Virus record (IMG/VR): IMGVR_UViG_3300020473_001840
Coordinates: 1-56,062 of that record
Length of the DNA: 56,062 bases
Origin: a virus
Lineage: Duplodnaviria > Caudoviricetes
Direction: 5' to 3' (one strand)
Below the pieces are notes generated by a model. It saw only the letters and a program-made list of their open reading frames with translations. It was not told the origin of the DNA and searched no databases. The translations under genes were made by a program, and so were the position numbers. Within the stretch, counting starts at the first letter, position 1; each line of letters begins with the position of its first letter. This document shows positions 9,961-20,237 of this stretch, one piece after another.

Positions 9961-10622
9961 CTATTGAAAACCCTTTTGGAAATTATAAAAATGCACATTT
10001 AGGACAATCAGCTATTTTATACGGCTCTGGTCCTTCTATTATGGATTTTAAAACTAATAAAAATGTCGTTAAAGTTGGCCTAAACGAGCAAATTTATTTA
10101 GATATAAACTTAGATTATTGGTTTATGGGAGATACTTTTCCACGCAATCCAGCAAAGTTTATAAATTGTTTTGATGATTACAATAACTATAAACCAAATA
10201 TAACAAAATTTATTAGATATCAATTATGGGGCGAAAGAGGAAGAATGCCTCTTGGAATGAAACATAGTACATATTATACATGCAATTTAGGCGGAATACC
10301 TAATGAATGTTTGTTTGAAAAAGATATTTCCCAAGGCCCCCTTATGGGTGTTGCCTCTATTTCTTTTGAAGCATTACAATTCATGCTATATGCGGGATTT
10401 AAAAATATCTATTTAGTTGGTCATGATTGTGATTATTCGTTCGGAACTTTTAGAACAGAAATTGATCATAAGTCAGAAGGCGTATTAGTGTTGCGTTATT
10501 GGAAGTTGGTTAAAGATTGGATCAGCGTTCACTATCCAGATGTTAAAATACATTGTATTAATCCAGTCGCTTTAAAAATTTTCCAAGAAGCTAGCGAGGC
10601 AGATATTATAGAAAATGAATAG
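9957..10622 (+). CDS. Maf/DUF115-like (sialyltransferase-like) protein
   Basis: AILYGSGPSI, VGLN and ALQFMLYAGFKNIYLVGHDC. Adjacent to a CMP-ulosonate synthetase. Confidence 0.7.
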   Translation: MTIENPFGNYKNAHLGQSAILYGSGPSIMDFKTNKNVVKVGLNEQIYLDINLDYWFMGDTFPRNPAKFINCFDDYNNYKPNITKFIRYQLWGERGRMPLGMKHSTYYTCNLGGIPNECLFEKDISQGPLMGVASISFEALQFMLYAGFKNIYLVGHDCDYSFGTFRTEIDHKSEGVLVLRYWKLVKDWISVHYPDVKIHCINPVALKIFQEASEADIIENE

Positions 10623-11274
10623 TGTAGCATGCTTTATTCCAATAAAAAAGAGAAGCACCAGAGTTCCTCAAAAAAACTTTAGACTCTTGAATAATAAACG
10701 CTTGTTTGAATATATAATTGACGCTGCAATTGAATCTAAGTGTTTTAATAAAATATATGTTGATACTGATAGCGACGAAGTGAAAGAGTATTGTATATAT
10801 AAAAATATTGATATAATCAATAGAGATCCGAATCTTGCAAAAGACAGCGCTAATGGTAATGATCTATTAAACTATTGGTTTGATACTGTCCCTGTTCATG
10901 ATTATTATTTTCAGCTATTTGCTACTTCTCCATTTACCACCTCGACAACTATAAAAGAATGTGTTAAAATATTAAAAGAAAATAATAACTATGATTCAAT
11001 ATTTACAGCGTATAAAAATTGTGGATGGTATTGGTTTGAAGGCGCGCCCATAAATTATGATCCATCTGAACTACCCAGAAGTCAAGATGCTAAGCAAGTT
11101 TTTAACGAAACAACCGCTTTGTACGGAATTAGCCGCACTGCACTAGTAGAATATAAATGCCGAATTGGTAATAAGCCTTATTTCTATTTTGTTGGCGATA
11201 TTGAATCCATGGACATTGATTCAGAGTTTGATTTAAAAATAGCAGAGTTAATTGCAAAGGAGTATTATGATTAA
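10615..11274 (+). CDS. neuA: Acylneuraminate (ulosonate) cytidylyltransferase
   Basis: IPIKKRSTRVPQKN, VDTDS, ATSPF, PRSQD and DIDSEFD. Confidence 0.85.
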   Translation: MNSVACFIPIKKRSTRVPQKNFRLLNNKRLFEYIIDAAIESKCFNKIYVDTDSDEVKEYCIYKNIDIINRDPNLAKDSANGNDLLNYWFDTVPVHDYYFQLFATSPFTTSTTIKECVKILKENNNYDSIFTAYKNCGWYWFEGAPINYDPSELPRSQDAKQVFNETTALYGISRTALVEYKCRIGNKPYFYFVGDIESMDIDSEFDLKIAELIAKEYYD

Positions 11275-12250
11275 TATTGAAAATATTGGCCAAAAATTTA
11301 TCGAAATTGTAAAGTCCCCGGAATGGGAGGCGCTTCAAGAAAAGTTCAATAACTGCGATGATATTTATGTTTTAGGCCATGGAGGTAATTTAGCAGTAGC
11401 TGATCATACAGCAGTAGATATAACAAGACTTTCAAATGGACAAAAAAACGCTATTTGTCCAAGTTCTGGCATTGTGGCTACATCGTTTATCAATGATTCT
11501 AGTTTTGATCAATGGATGGTTAATTGGCTTGATTGTAGAACTGCTGTAAGAACCAAAGCACAAATGAAAAGATCATTAGTATACGGAATATCATCGTCTG
11601 GAAAATCTACTGATGTTATTAAGGCGTTGCAATGGGCTTCCCAAAACGGAATGCAGACAGCTCTTGTGACTGGCCAGCCTATGAATATTCCAGTCCCAGG
11701 TCTCACGGTTGTAGAGCTAGGCACTCAATATTACCACTCTACCGAGGTATTAACTCTTTTGCTGCAGTATCAACTTACGCATGGTTCGGGCCGCGAATGC
11801 CCCTCAATAGGTCATAACAGTTCAGATGACCTAAAGAAAGCGAACTGGAAAGGAGGAAAAATCCGAGAACACAGCTATCCAGACGAACAAATCAATATTG
11901 GTGTTGATTTTGATGGCGTTGTTCATAAAAATTCAAAGGGTTATTATGATGGTACAATATACGATGAGCCAATTCAGGGCTCGAAAGAGGCCTTACGGCG
12001 CTTGTCTGAAAAATATACTATTATAATGTTTAGCGCTAAAGCGCGAACTGATCGAGGTCTTGTGAATGGTAAGACAGGCATTGAACTGATATGGGAGTGG
12101 CTTGAAAAGCATGATATGGCTCAATATGTAAGCAAAGTAACTGCAGAAAAACCACGAGCATGCTTTTATATTGATGATAAAGCAATTCGTTTTGAAGATT
12201 CGTGGAAACAATTATTTGACAAATTAGAACATTTAGGTTATGATATTTAA
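11267..12250 (+). CDS. SIS-domain sugar-phosphate isomerase (GmhA-like) fused to HAD phosphatase
   Basis: N-terminal GHGGN..H and GISSSGKS..V..AL. C-terminal VDFDGVVH...EKP...YIDDKAIRF. Start ATG 11267 after AAGGAG. Confidence 0.75.
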   Translation: MINIENIGQKFIEIVKSPEWEALQEKFNNCDDIYVLGHGGNLAVADHTAVDITRLSNGQKNAICPSSGIVATSFINDSSFDQWMVNWLDCRTAVRTKAQMKRSLVYGISSSGKSTDVIKALQWASQNGMQTALVTGQPMNIPVPGLTVVELGTQYYHSTEVLTLLLQYQLTHGSGRECPSIGHNSSDDLKKANWKGGKIREHSYPDEQINIGVDFDGVVHKNSKGYYDGTIYDEPIQGSKEALRRLSEKYTIIMFSAKARTDRGLVNGKTGIELIWEWLEKHDMAQYVSKVTAEKPRACFYIDDKAIRFEDSWKQLFDKLEHLGYDI

Positions 12251-12269
12251 ATAAAAACGGAGTTTATCA

Positions 12270-12977
12270 ATGAAATTACTTTTAACCACAAGAGCCGATC
12301 AAACCGTAGAGGGATGGGCTCAATTAGTTCATCCAGTGTTTCGAAAATATGCTGAACGCGTCAGTGCAGATTTCTTAATTTTAGATGAGTCATTAAATTG
12401 TAATGCTGCCCGTTCTGGTATCGGCGATGGTCTTTGGCATTTTAGAATTATGAAGCACTATGATCTTCACGAAGAATATGATAGAATTTTACATCTTGAT
12501 AGCGATATTCTGTTAACTCCTGAGTGCCCTAATTTATTTGACCATGTTCCGTACGATAGTATCGCGACTGTGTATGAAGATGTGGGTTCAAGAAAACCAC
12601 AAAGAGTACAGTGTATGTTAAATGCGCAAAATCAGTTTGGAGACATTGGGTGGCGCGATGGCTACATTAATACAGGTGTTTTTCTTACTTCGAAGTGTCA
12701 TCGCGATATTTTTCAACCAATAAATGGTAGATTTTTTACCGATTGGGGCACCGACGATGTGCACATTGGCTATCAAATCAAGAAACTTGGATATAAGGTA
12801 GCCCCATTGGATTACCAGTTTAACCATATGACAATGTTTTCAGAAGCATGGAACGGTAGTCCTGACCGATTTGATTCTCATATAATTCACTATGCTGGTC
12901 GCGGCATTTTTGATGAAGGAGTTGCAACAGATAAGTTGCATCAAGCCTCTTTAGATTATAAGAGATTATATGAATGA
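12270..12977 (+). CDS. Glycosyltransferase, GT8-like (GT-A)
   Basis: HLDSDI (DxD), INTGVF and IIHYAG. Confidence 0.75.
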   Translation: MKLLLTTRADQTVEGWAQLVHPVFRKYAERVSADFLILDESLNCNAARSGIGDGLWHFRIMKHYDLHEEYDRILHLDSDILLTPECPNLFDHVPYDSIATVYEDVGSRKPQRVQCMLNAQNQFGDIGWRDGYINTGVFLTSKCHRDIFQPINGRFFTDWGTDDVHIGYQIKKLGYKVAPLDYQFNHMTMFSEAWNGSPDRFDSHIIHYAGRGIFDEGVATDKLHQASLDYKRLYE

Positions 12978-13801
12978 AAAAACTTATTGCAGGCCCATGG
13001 ACGGGCGAGTTCGGGTGGGAATTGTTTGCGTGGCAAGCTTATATTCGGGCACTTTCAACAAAATTTGATCACACAACAATAATTTCTCGCGTTAATTCGC
13101 GCGCCTTATATAGTGATTTTGCAGATAATTATATTGCATACGAGCCACAAGGCGGCAATCCAGATGCTTTTTTTATGCACAACTTAGATATTAGAAGCGC
13201 ATTTAAAGACGCAGTTAGAAAAAACAATATTGTTCTTACTGAGGGTACTTCGGTAGTTTTGCCTCGTCGTATAGGATTCCCTCCGCATACTCATTACACA
13301 CAAATGGTAATGTTTGGCAAACATACTATTAAACCTAAATATGTTGTTTTGGGAGACACCGGAAAACGAAAGTATAAAAGATATGATTATATTTTTCATC
13401 TTCGCCGGCGGCCGCTGCGCCAAGAAGATAACTGGAGCACCGAAAATTGGATTAAACTGAAAAACCTTTTGGGCAATAAAAAAATTGCATGTATTGGTAC
13501 CAAAAGTGAATCTGGCCACATTGAAGGAACAGCAGATCTTCGAGATATGAAACTAGAAAAGCTGCTTCCTATACTTCGAAGTGCTGATTGCGCATTTGGT
13601 TCGTCATCTGGCCCTATGCATCTTGCGAGTCTTTGCGGGCTTCCGCATGTAGTATGGTCTATACCTCAGAACAAAATTAGATATGAAGATAACTGGAATC
13701 CTTTACAGACGCCAGTTTTATTTAATAGTGACTATGACTGGCATCCAGCGCCTGATTATATTTACGAAAAGTTTTTACAATGGAGACACAATAAAAAATG
13801 A
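12974..13801 (+). CDS. GT9-like (heptosyltransferase-like) glycosyltransferase
   Basis: GEFGWEL N-terminus, DLR and SSGPMHLASLCG (cf. the GT9 DSGPMHLA motif). Confidence 0.65.
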   Translation: MKKLIAGPWTGEFGWELFAWQAYIRALSTKFDHTTIISRVNSRALYSDFADNYIAYEPQGGNPDAFFMHNLDIRSAFKDAVRKNNIVLTEGTSVVLPRRIGFPPHTHYTQMVMFGKHTIKPKYVVLGDTGKRKYKRYDYIFHLRRRPLRQEDNWSTENWIKLKNLLGNKKIACIGTKSESGHIEGTADLRDMKLEKLLPILRSADCAFGSSSGPMHLASLCGLPHVVWSIPQNKIRYEDNWNPLQTPVLFNSDYDWHPAPDYIYEKFLQWRHNKK

Positions 13802-14841
13802 AAACTATCGAAAGTCCAATTTTACAAAGAGACAATTTACATATTTTTAAAAGCTTAAGAGAGAAAAAAGAACTCTTAAAAGGCAGTCGGATTCTTATAA
13901 CGGGCTCTGATGGTTTTTTAGGAAGAACAATTGTATCATTTCTCAAATATCTAAATGATAAGCAATTTTCTGATAAAGACAAAGTTAAGATTATTGCAAT
14001 TGATTACAAAGATTACGATATTTGCAATTCCTTGGATTCATTTATTGAAGAGGGCCCAATAGACTATATAATTAATTGCGCTGGTATAGCGTCTCCTAAG
14101 AAGTATTTAAAAGCACCTTTAAAGACTTTAGACGTATCTTATTTGGGCACCAAGAGTGTTTTCGATTTGGCGCGCCTAAGAAATACAAAATCAATATTGA
14201 TGTTTTCATCTAGTGAAGTATATGGTACTCCAGACCCGGAAAATATTCCCACCAAGGAAGAATATATCGGAACTGTTACCACTTTTGGTAATCGTAGTTG
14301 TTATGATATTGGAAAAAACGTTTTAGAAACTTTATCGTATGTGTATTATACTAGCTACAATGCACCAGTAAATGTTTTAAGGCCGTTTAATTTATATGGC
14401 CCCCTGATGGATTTATATGATGGAAGAATTGTTCCAAATATTTGTAAATCTATGATTAATCAAACAGATTTTTCTGTTTATGGAAGCGGTCAACAAACGC
14501 GCACATACTGCTATGTTGCGGACGCGATGGTATATATGTTTCACGTACTGTTATCTGATAGCTTTGGTCAAATTTATAATATTGGCTCAGAAGATGAAGA
14601 ATTATCGGCGTTACATATCGCAGAAAAAGCATACAATCTTGTAGATGTACCCAATTCTACATTTGTGCAAAAGCCATACCCTGAAGAATACCCAAACCAA
14701 GAGCCCCGCCGGCGCTGTCCTAATATTTCAAAAGTGAAGACACTATCCAGATACTCTCCACAATATTCTTTTGAAAAAGGCTTCCTATCTTGTTATATGT
14801 TTTTTAGTCAGATTGCAGAGGACAAAAGCACCAATGCATAA
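13798..14841 (+). CDS. uxs: UDP-glucuronate decarboxylase (UDP-xylose synthase)
   Basis: TGSDGFLG, ASP, SSSEVYG, RSCYDIGK, DGRIVPN, GQQTRTYCY and PRRRCPNI. Confidence 0.82.
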   Translation: MKTIESPILQRDNLHIFKSLREKKELLKGSRILITGSDGFLGRTIVSFLKYLNDKQFSDKDKVKIIAIDYKDYDICNSLDSFIEEGPIDYIINCAGIASPKKYLKAPLKTLDVSYLGTKSVFDLARLRNTKSILMFSSSEVYGTPDPENIPTKEEYIGTVTTFGNRSCYDIGKNVLETLSYVYYTSYNAPVNVLRPFNLYGPLMDLYDGRIVPNICKSMINQTDFSVYGSGQQTRTYCYVADAMVYMFHVLLSDSFGQIYNIGSEDEELSALHIAEKAYNLVDVPNSTFVQKPYPEEYPNQEPRRRCPNISKVKTLSRYSPQYSFEKGFLSCYMFFSQIAEDKSTNA

Positions 14842-15694
14842 AGTAGGAGTTATTGGAAATGGCTTCGTCGGCTCGGCTATAGCCAGCGGCTTTGGACTTC
14901 ACGCAGATGTTAAAGTTTACGATGCCGATTCTCGTAGGTCAATTAACACATTTGATGAAGTTATGGAATGTGAGTTTATATTTGTAGCTGTTCCGACGCC
15001 TATGCATTTAGGCGATAACAATAAAATAGACCTATCAATTGTTAAGGACACGTTCAGCAAAATTTCAAACTACAGCCAGGAATATCAAGATAAAAACAAA
15101 ATTATTATTTTAAAATCTACCGCAATTCCCGGAACAACTGAGTCTTTGCAAAAAGAATTTCCCACCTTAGATATAGCTTTCAATCCTGAATTTTTGACTG
15201 AGAGAAATGCCCGCCTAGACTTCATTAACACATCTAGAATTGTAATTGGTGGAAGCTCGACGGTTTGCGATCGAGTAGAGCAGCTTTATAGAGTTCGCTT
15301 TCCGCACACTTCCATTATCAGCACAGATCCCACATCTGCAGAATTTATCAAATATATGTGTAACTGTTTTTTCTCAGTTAAAATATCTTTTATGAATGAA
15401 ATGAAACAGGCCTCTGAAGCGCTTGATTTAAGTTGGATAGATGTTATGAATGGATTTTTATCTGACGGTCGGATAGGAAATTCCCACGTAGATGTTCCGG
15501 GTCATGATGGTCATTTAGGATTTGGTGGTAAATGTTTTCCAAAAGATCTTAATGCATTTATAAATTTATTTAATGATATACATGTTGAACCTACAATGCT
15601 TTCGGCAGCGTGGAGCAAAAATATGGAAGTAAGAAAAATTAAAGATTGGGAAAGTATCAAAGGCGCCACGTCTGGAAAAAACAATAAGGATTAA
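14834..15694 (+). CDS. ugd: UDP-glucose/GDP-mannose 6-dehydrogenase, short form
   Basis: GNGFVG, VPTP, KST, NPEFL and GFGGKCFPKD (catalytic Cys). Start reassigned to ATG 14834. Confidence 0.85.
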   Translation: MHKVGVIGNGFVGSAIASGFGLHADVKVYDADSRRSINTFDEVMECEFIFVAVPTPMHLGDNNKIDLSIVKDTFSKISNYSQEYQDKNKIIILKSTAIPGTTESLQKEFPTLDIAFNPEFLTERNARLDFINTSRIVIGGSSTVCDRVEQLYRVRFPHTSIISTDPTSAEFIKYMCNCFFSVKISFMNEMKQASEALDLSWIDVMNGFLSDGRIGNSHVDVPGHDGHLGFGGKCFPKDLNAFINLFNDIHVEPTMLSAAWSKNMEVRKIKDWESIKGATSGKNNKD

Positions 15695-15699
15695 AAGTC

Positions 15700-16854
15700 A
15701 TGATTACTTTAGTAAAAGATACTATTGATAAGACCGATATTGATGAATTGATCACATGGCTCAAAAAATATCCTCGCCTGACTAAAGGCGAACAAACTAT
15801 CAAACTAGAACAAAAGTGGGCTGAATGGCTCGGTACTGAGTATGCGGTATATGTAAACTCGGGATCTTCAGCATTGTTGCTTATGATTTATGCATTGATT
15901 GAGGCTGGATATGTATCTCAGAATGATAAAATTGTAGTTCCAGCTTTATCATGGGCAACGGATTTGGCGCCCGTAATTCAATTTGGGCTAGACCCGGTGT
16001 TGTGTGATATTAACCTTGAAGACCTCTCAGTTAATTTGCAGCATTTAGAAAAGATTTTTATAGAACAGTCTCCCAAGGCACTGATATTGGTATCAGTGCT
16101 GGGCCTAACTCCTCAAATGGATAAAATAGTTAATTTGTGTGAGAAGTACAATGTGCACTTACTCGAAGATGCGTGCGAAAGCACAGGTAGCAAATTTAAA
16201 AGTAAAAAGTTAGGTAATTTTGGCTTAATGTCCGCTTTTTCTTGTTATTTTGGTCATCATTTTAGCACTATTGAAGGTGGATTCATCAACACTAATAGCA
16301 AATTTTTATATGATTTGTTAAAAATGTTGCGCTCACACGGCTGGAGTCGAGATTTAGATCAGCAAGGAAAAGAGTATTTTGGCGCTAATGATGGAACAGA
16401 GTTTGATAATTTATATCGATTTTATGTACCTGGATTCAATCTAAGATCTACTGACTTGCAAGCATTTATTGGTTTAGGCCAAATTGATAAATTAAACAAG
16501 GCAAACCAAATAAGAAATGAAAATTATTTGTTTTATTGCAATAATATTAAAAATAATTATTGGATGCCTGCTGGGCAAGATAACTTTATTAGCAATTTTG
16601 CGTTCCCTCTCATACACCCCAGCAGAGATAATCTTGTAAAAGAATTTCAACAAAATAATATTGAAATCAGACCTTTAATCTGTGGCTCTATGGGAACACA
16701 GCCAATGTATAAAAAACGCTATAAGCCTGTGTCTTTAAAAAATGTATCTATTGTTGATCAGTATGGTTGCTATATTCCAAATCATCCAAAGCTTACTGAG
16801 CAGGAGCTTGATACTATCGTTAGCATTGTTAATAAACATGTGAGTAATGATTAA
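15700..16854 (+). CDS. colD: GDP-4-keto-6-deoxy-D-mannose 3-dehydratase (ColD-type, DegT family)
   Basis: VNSGSSA, EDACES, SCYFGHHFSTIEGG (His in place of Schiff-base Lys), RSHGW and PGFNLR. Next to fcl/gmd. Confidence 0.78.
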   Translation: MITLVKDTIDKTDIDELITWLKKYPRLTKGEQTIKLEQKWAEWLGTEYAVYVNSGSSALLLMIYALIEAGYVSQNDKIVVPALSWATDLAPVIQFGLDPVLCDINLEDLSVNLQHLEKIFIEQSPKALILVSVLGLTPQMDKIVNLCEKYNVHLLEDACESTGSKFKSKKLGNFGLMSAFSCYFGHHFSTIEGGFINTNSKFLYDLLKMLRSHGWSRDLDQQGKEYFGANDGTEFDNLYRFYVPGFNLRSTDLQAFIGLGQIDKLNKANQIRNENYLFYCNNIKNNYWMPAGQDNFISNFAFPLIHPSRDNLVKEFQQNNIEIRPLICGSMGTQPMYKKRYKPVSLKNVSIVDQYGCYIPNHPKLTEQELDTIVSIVNKHVSND

Positions 16855-17756
16855 TGTTTGAAAAAGTATTGGTATTGGGAGGCACTGGATTCTTAGGCTC
16901 TAGAATGAAATTGCATAAGCCTGAGTGGACTTATGTTGGCTCAAAAGATTGTAATCTTATTGATAGTAAAGAGTGTTATGAGTTGTTTAGTGACATAAAG
17001 CCAGATGCTATTATACACTTGGCCGGCCGAGTTGGAGGAATCAAAGACAACGCTCAAAGACAAGCAGAATTTTTTTATGATAATGTAATGATTAATACCA
17101 ATGTAATTCACCAAGCGTATAAGACCAATATTCCTCGGGTGTTGTGTGCGCTTAGCACATGTTGTTATCCGAATGAGGTGCAAAAATATCCTCTTACAGA
17201 AGACGATATTTTAAATGGTCCTCCCGCTCCTACAAACTTATCATATGGATTTGCAAAAAGAGTTTTATATATACAAACTAAATCATATAGAAGCCAGTAT
17301 GGATTGAATTACTCTTGCTTTTGTCCATCTAATATTTATGGACCTCAAGATAATTTTTATAATGATAAATCACACTTTGTGGCCGCTATGATAAGAAAAA
17401 TTTATAATGCACCCCAAAAAGGATCAGTGGAATTTTGGGGAACCGGTCGCCCACGGCGCCAGCAACTGTATGTAGATGATTTAGTAAGAATTATACCTAC
17501 GTTATTAGAACGGCACAATAGCGATTGTCCTGTTATTGTGGCACCAAGCGAGAATCTTACCATAAAAGAGATGATCGATGTGTGTGTGAAAGCTTCCGGA
17601 AAAGAAATTATGCCTATTTTTAATGGAAAGCTTGATGGACAATATCGGAAAGATGGAGACAATAAAAATCTTTTAAAATTGTTGGGAAATTTTAACTTTA
17701 CAAAATTCAAAAATGGATTGAGGGAAACTTATGAGTGGTATGCAGAACAACAATAA
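16854..17756 (+). CDS. fcl: GDP-L-fucose/GDP-L-colitose synthase (epimerase-reductase)
   Basis: [34 protein letters not shown] and WGTGRPRR. Confidence 0.85.
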   Translation: MFEKVLVLGGTGFLGSRMKLHKPEWTYVGSKDCNLIDSKECYELFSDIKPDAIIHLAGRVGGIKDNAQRQAEFFYDNVMINTNVIHQAYKTNIPRVLCALSTCCYPNEVQKYPLTEDDILNGPPAPTNLSYGFAKRVLYIQTKSYRSQYGLNYSCFCPSNIYGPQDNFYNDKSHFVAAMIRKIYNAPQKGSVEFWGTGRPRRQQLYVDDLVRIIPTLLERHNSDCPVIVAPSENLTIKEMIDVCVKASGKEIMPIFNGKLDGQYRKDGDNKNLLKLLGNFNFTKFKNGLRETYEWYAEQQ

Positions 17757-18747
17757 AACAGCTTTAATTACAGGAGTTACGGGCCAAGATGGCTCATACT
17801 TGCTAGATTTATTGCTAAAAAAAGGCTATCATGTTGTTGGCGTCAAGAGAAGAACATCTTTGATAAATACTGATAGAATTGATCATGTTTTTGAAAATGA
17901 AGAAAATGTTATGATGTTTGATTTTGTTTATGGTAATATGATAGACAGTGGAAATCTCTACAGAATTTTACAGGAACACAAACCAGACGAAATCTACAAT
18001 CTAGCTGCTCAATCACACGTAAGAGTGTCGTTCGACACACCAGAAGAAACTTCTGAAATTGTAGCAATGGGTACCCTTAGACTTTTAGAAGCCGCAAGAA
18101 ATGTTTGTCCTCAAGCTAAAATTTATCAAGCTTCATCTTCAGAGATGTTTGGTGATAATCCCATCGTTCCACAGGACGAGAATACAAGATTAATGCCGGC
18201 TAGCCCATACGCATGCGCAAAAGTTTTTGCACACAATCTTTGTAGAAATTATCGTAAAAGTTATGGTATGCACGTATCGAGTGGGATTTTATTCAATCAC
18301 GAATCCCCTCGCAGAGGGGAGACTTTTGTAACTCGTAAAATTACAAGAGCCGCTGCAAAGATTCGTTTAGGGCTTCAAGATACTTTATATTTAGGTAATC
18401 TGGATGCTAAAAGAGATTGGGGATTTGCGGGAGATTATGTAGAAGCAATGTGGAAAATGTTGCAGCAGGAAGAGCCGGACGACTATGTTATAGCAACAGG
18501 CGAAACGCACACCGTTCGTGAGTTTTTGCAGGAAGTTTTTGAATATGCAGGTTTGGATGTACAGAAGCATGTAGAAATCAATCCTCGTTTATTTCGCCCT
18601 CATGAAGTGCCTCTTTTATTAGGGGACCCTGCCAAAGCAAAAGAACGCTTACATTGGGAACCAAAAATCAAATTTAAAGAATTAGCCAGAATGATGTATG
18701 ATTATGATCTGGCTGAATTAAAAAAAAAGGAGCTAAGTAATGGATAA
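17731..18747 (+). CDS. gmd: GDP-mannose 4,6-dehydratase
   Basis: [42 protein letters not shown] and [10 protein letters not shown]. Confidence 0.96.
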   Translation: MSGMQNNNKTALITGVTGQDGSYLLDLLLKKGYHVVGVKRRTSLINTDRIDHVFENEENVMMFDFVYGNMIDSGNLYRILQEHKPDEIYNLAAQSHVRVSFDTPEETSEIVAMGTLRLLEAARNVCPQAKIYQASSSEMFGDNPIVPQDENTRLMPASPYACAKVFAHNLCRNYRKSYGMHVSSGILFNHESPRRGETFVTRKITRAAAKIRLGLQDTLYLGNLDAKRDWGFAGDYVEAMWKMLQQEEPDDYVIATGETHTVREFLQEVFEYAGLDVQKHVEINPRLFRPHEVPLLLGDPAKAKERLHWEPKIKFKELARMMYDYDLAELKKKELSNG

Positions 18748-18970
18748 TAACGCAGATAGCAAAACTCATAAGCTATCAACACAAGCGCTTGGAGCGGTTA
18801 TGATGGCGCTTCAGGAAGCATTGTTAAATGAGTTGGACATTGTTCCAATATTGAAAAACTTTGATTTAGTTGAAACGCAGGAAGGGCTTATGGTAAAAAA
18901 TCCCCCTACTGTAAGATTTAGCGACAATAGCGCGATTACTAATACAGATTTAGAAAATATGGTTAAGTGA
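18740..18970 (+). CDS. Hypothetical protein
   Basis: 76-aa ORF with AAGGAG SD, overlapping the gmd stop. Confidence 0.65.
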   Translation: MDNNADSKTHKLSTQALGAVMMALQEALLNELDIVPILKNFDLVETQEGLMVKNPPTVRFSDNSAITNTDLENMVK

Positions 18971-19236
18971 TGCCTCGCTATAGGTATCAATGTAAGTTAT
19001 GTCTGGAAAGTATAGTTGTTATTCATGGTATTGATGAATGTTACACTGATTGTGAAAAATGTAAATCGTCAAATGTTATGGTAAAGCTGTTATCTAAGCC
19101 TGTAATACAGAAAAAGGGAGATGTCTCATCCAGCACAAAGACAGGACAACTTACTCATGAATATATTGAAGCAAATAAAGAAATTCTACAAAAACAAAAA
19201 GATAATCTAAAAGAGAGTGAATATGACCCGTCTTGA
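18970..19236 (+). CDS. FmdB-like zinc-ribbon protein
   Basis: [11 protein letters not shown]...CEKCKS pattern. Confidence 0.75.
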   Translation: MPRYRYQCKLCLESIVVIHGIDECYTDCEKCKSSNVMVKLLSKPVIQKKGDVSSSTKTGQLTHEYIEANKEILQKQKDNLKESEYDPS

Positions 19237-19567
19237 GATAATATTAAGTGCTATTCTTTTCATATCGATATTATTTAATATTGGAATTTTCACATATACT
19301 CGAATGGTAATTAGTCGACTTCTGTTAGTCTCAGAAGAGCTAGGAGATTTACAACAAATGATTAATGGATTTGCATCCCATTTAAAAGCTGTTTATGAAT
19401 TAGATTCGTTTTACGGAGATGACACTCTGCGTGGGTTGTTGGAGCATGCTATCTCTTTTAATGAGCAGCTTGAGACTTTTGAAGAAATATATTCCCTAAC
19501 TGAGGCTGAGGAGACACAAGAAAAAATAGAAGATGAAGCAGAAAACACAAAAGAAAAGACGCGCTAA
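19223..19567 (+). CDS. Hypothetical membrane-anchored protein
   Basis: N-terminal hydrophobic helix (IILSAILFISILFNIGIF) followed by an acidic helical region. Confidence 0.65.
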   Translation: MTRLEIILSAILFISILFNIGIFTYTRMVISRLLLVSEELGDLQQMINGFASHLKAVYELDSFYGDDTLRGLLEHAISFNEQLETFEEIYSLTEAEETQEKIEDEAENTKEKTR

Positions 19568-20237
19568 GCGCAAAAATCATTATTTTACACAAGAACATGA
19601 GAATGCAATTATTAAGTATTCTCAAACTACATGCATCAGGGATAGAACGGAACTATATGTAAAATGGATCCAGCCAGCATTCGATGAAATGGTGGATAAA
19701 ATAGTTTTTACTTATAAATTTACTAATTTACCAAATTGTGACGTTTTAAGAGATGAATGCAAAATTTGGCTAATGACCATTTTAGACAAGTACGATCCCA
19801 GTAAAGGCTCTAAAGCCTTTTCCTACTTCTCGGTAATTACAAAAAATTGGTTTATTCATAAGGTAAAGCGACAACAGAAACGTAATAAACGCGAGGTAGA
19901 TTATGAGGCCGTCTCAAAAAGATTTGAAGAAGAGTATCTCTCTACTAACGACTCGTATGTTACCAACAGAGAAGAGCAAGAATTCTGGAATTCGTTTTAT
20001 TCTGAACTTAAATCATGGGACACGTCAAATATGAAAGAAAATGATTTAAAAGTATATCAAGCTATTAATATCCTTTTTGAGTCCAAGGATGATATCGATA
20101 TTTTTAATAAAAAGGCTATTTATTTATATCTACGCGAAATAACGGGTTTAAACACCAAACAAATCGTTAACTCGCTAAAAAAGTTTCGAAAGAAATATTT
20201 TTTATTTAAGCAAGACTGGGAAAATGGAGAATTATGA
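19533..20237 (+). CDS. Phage RNA polymerase sigma factor (gp55-like, sigma70 region 2)
   Basis: NHYFT, and LDKYDPSKGSKAFSYFSVITKNWF resembling sigma region 2.3-2.4. Lies directly before the structural genes. Confidence 0.75.
   Translation: MKQKTQKKRRAKRKNHYFTQEHENAIIKYSQTTCIRDRTELYVKWIQPAFDEMVDKIVFTYKFTNLPNCDVLRDECKIWLMTILDKYDPSKGSKAFSYFSVITKNWFIHKVKRQQKRNKREVDYEAVSKRFEEEYLSTNDSYVTNREEQEFWNSFYSELKSWDTSNMKENDLKVYQAINILFESKDDIDIFNKKAIYLYLREITGLNTKQIVNSLKKFRKKYFLFKQDWENGEL

Noticed and set aside
719-18747. Bacterial chromosomal O-antigen/capsule locus
   Set aside because: No wzx/wzy/wzm/wzt or initiating transferase. Flanked by phage nuclease, sigma and baseplate genes.
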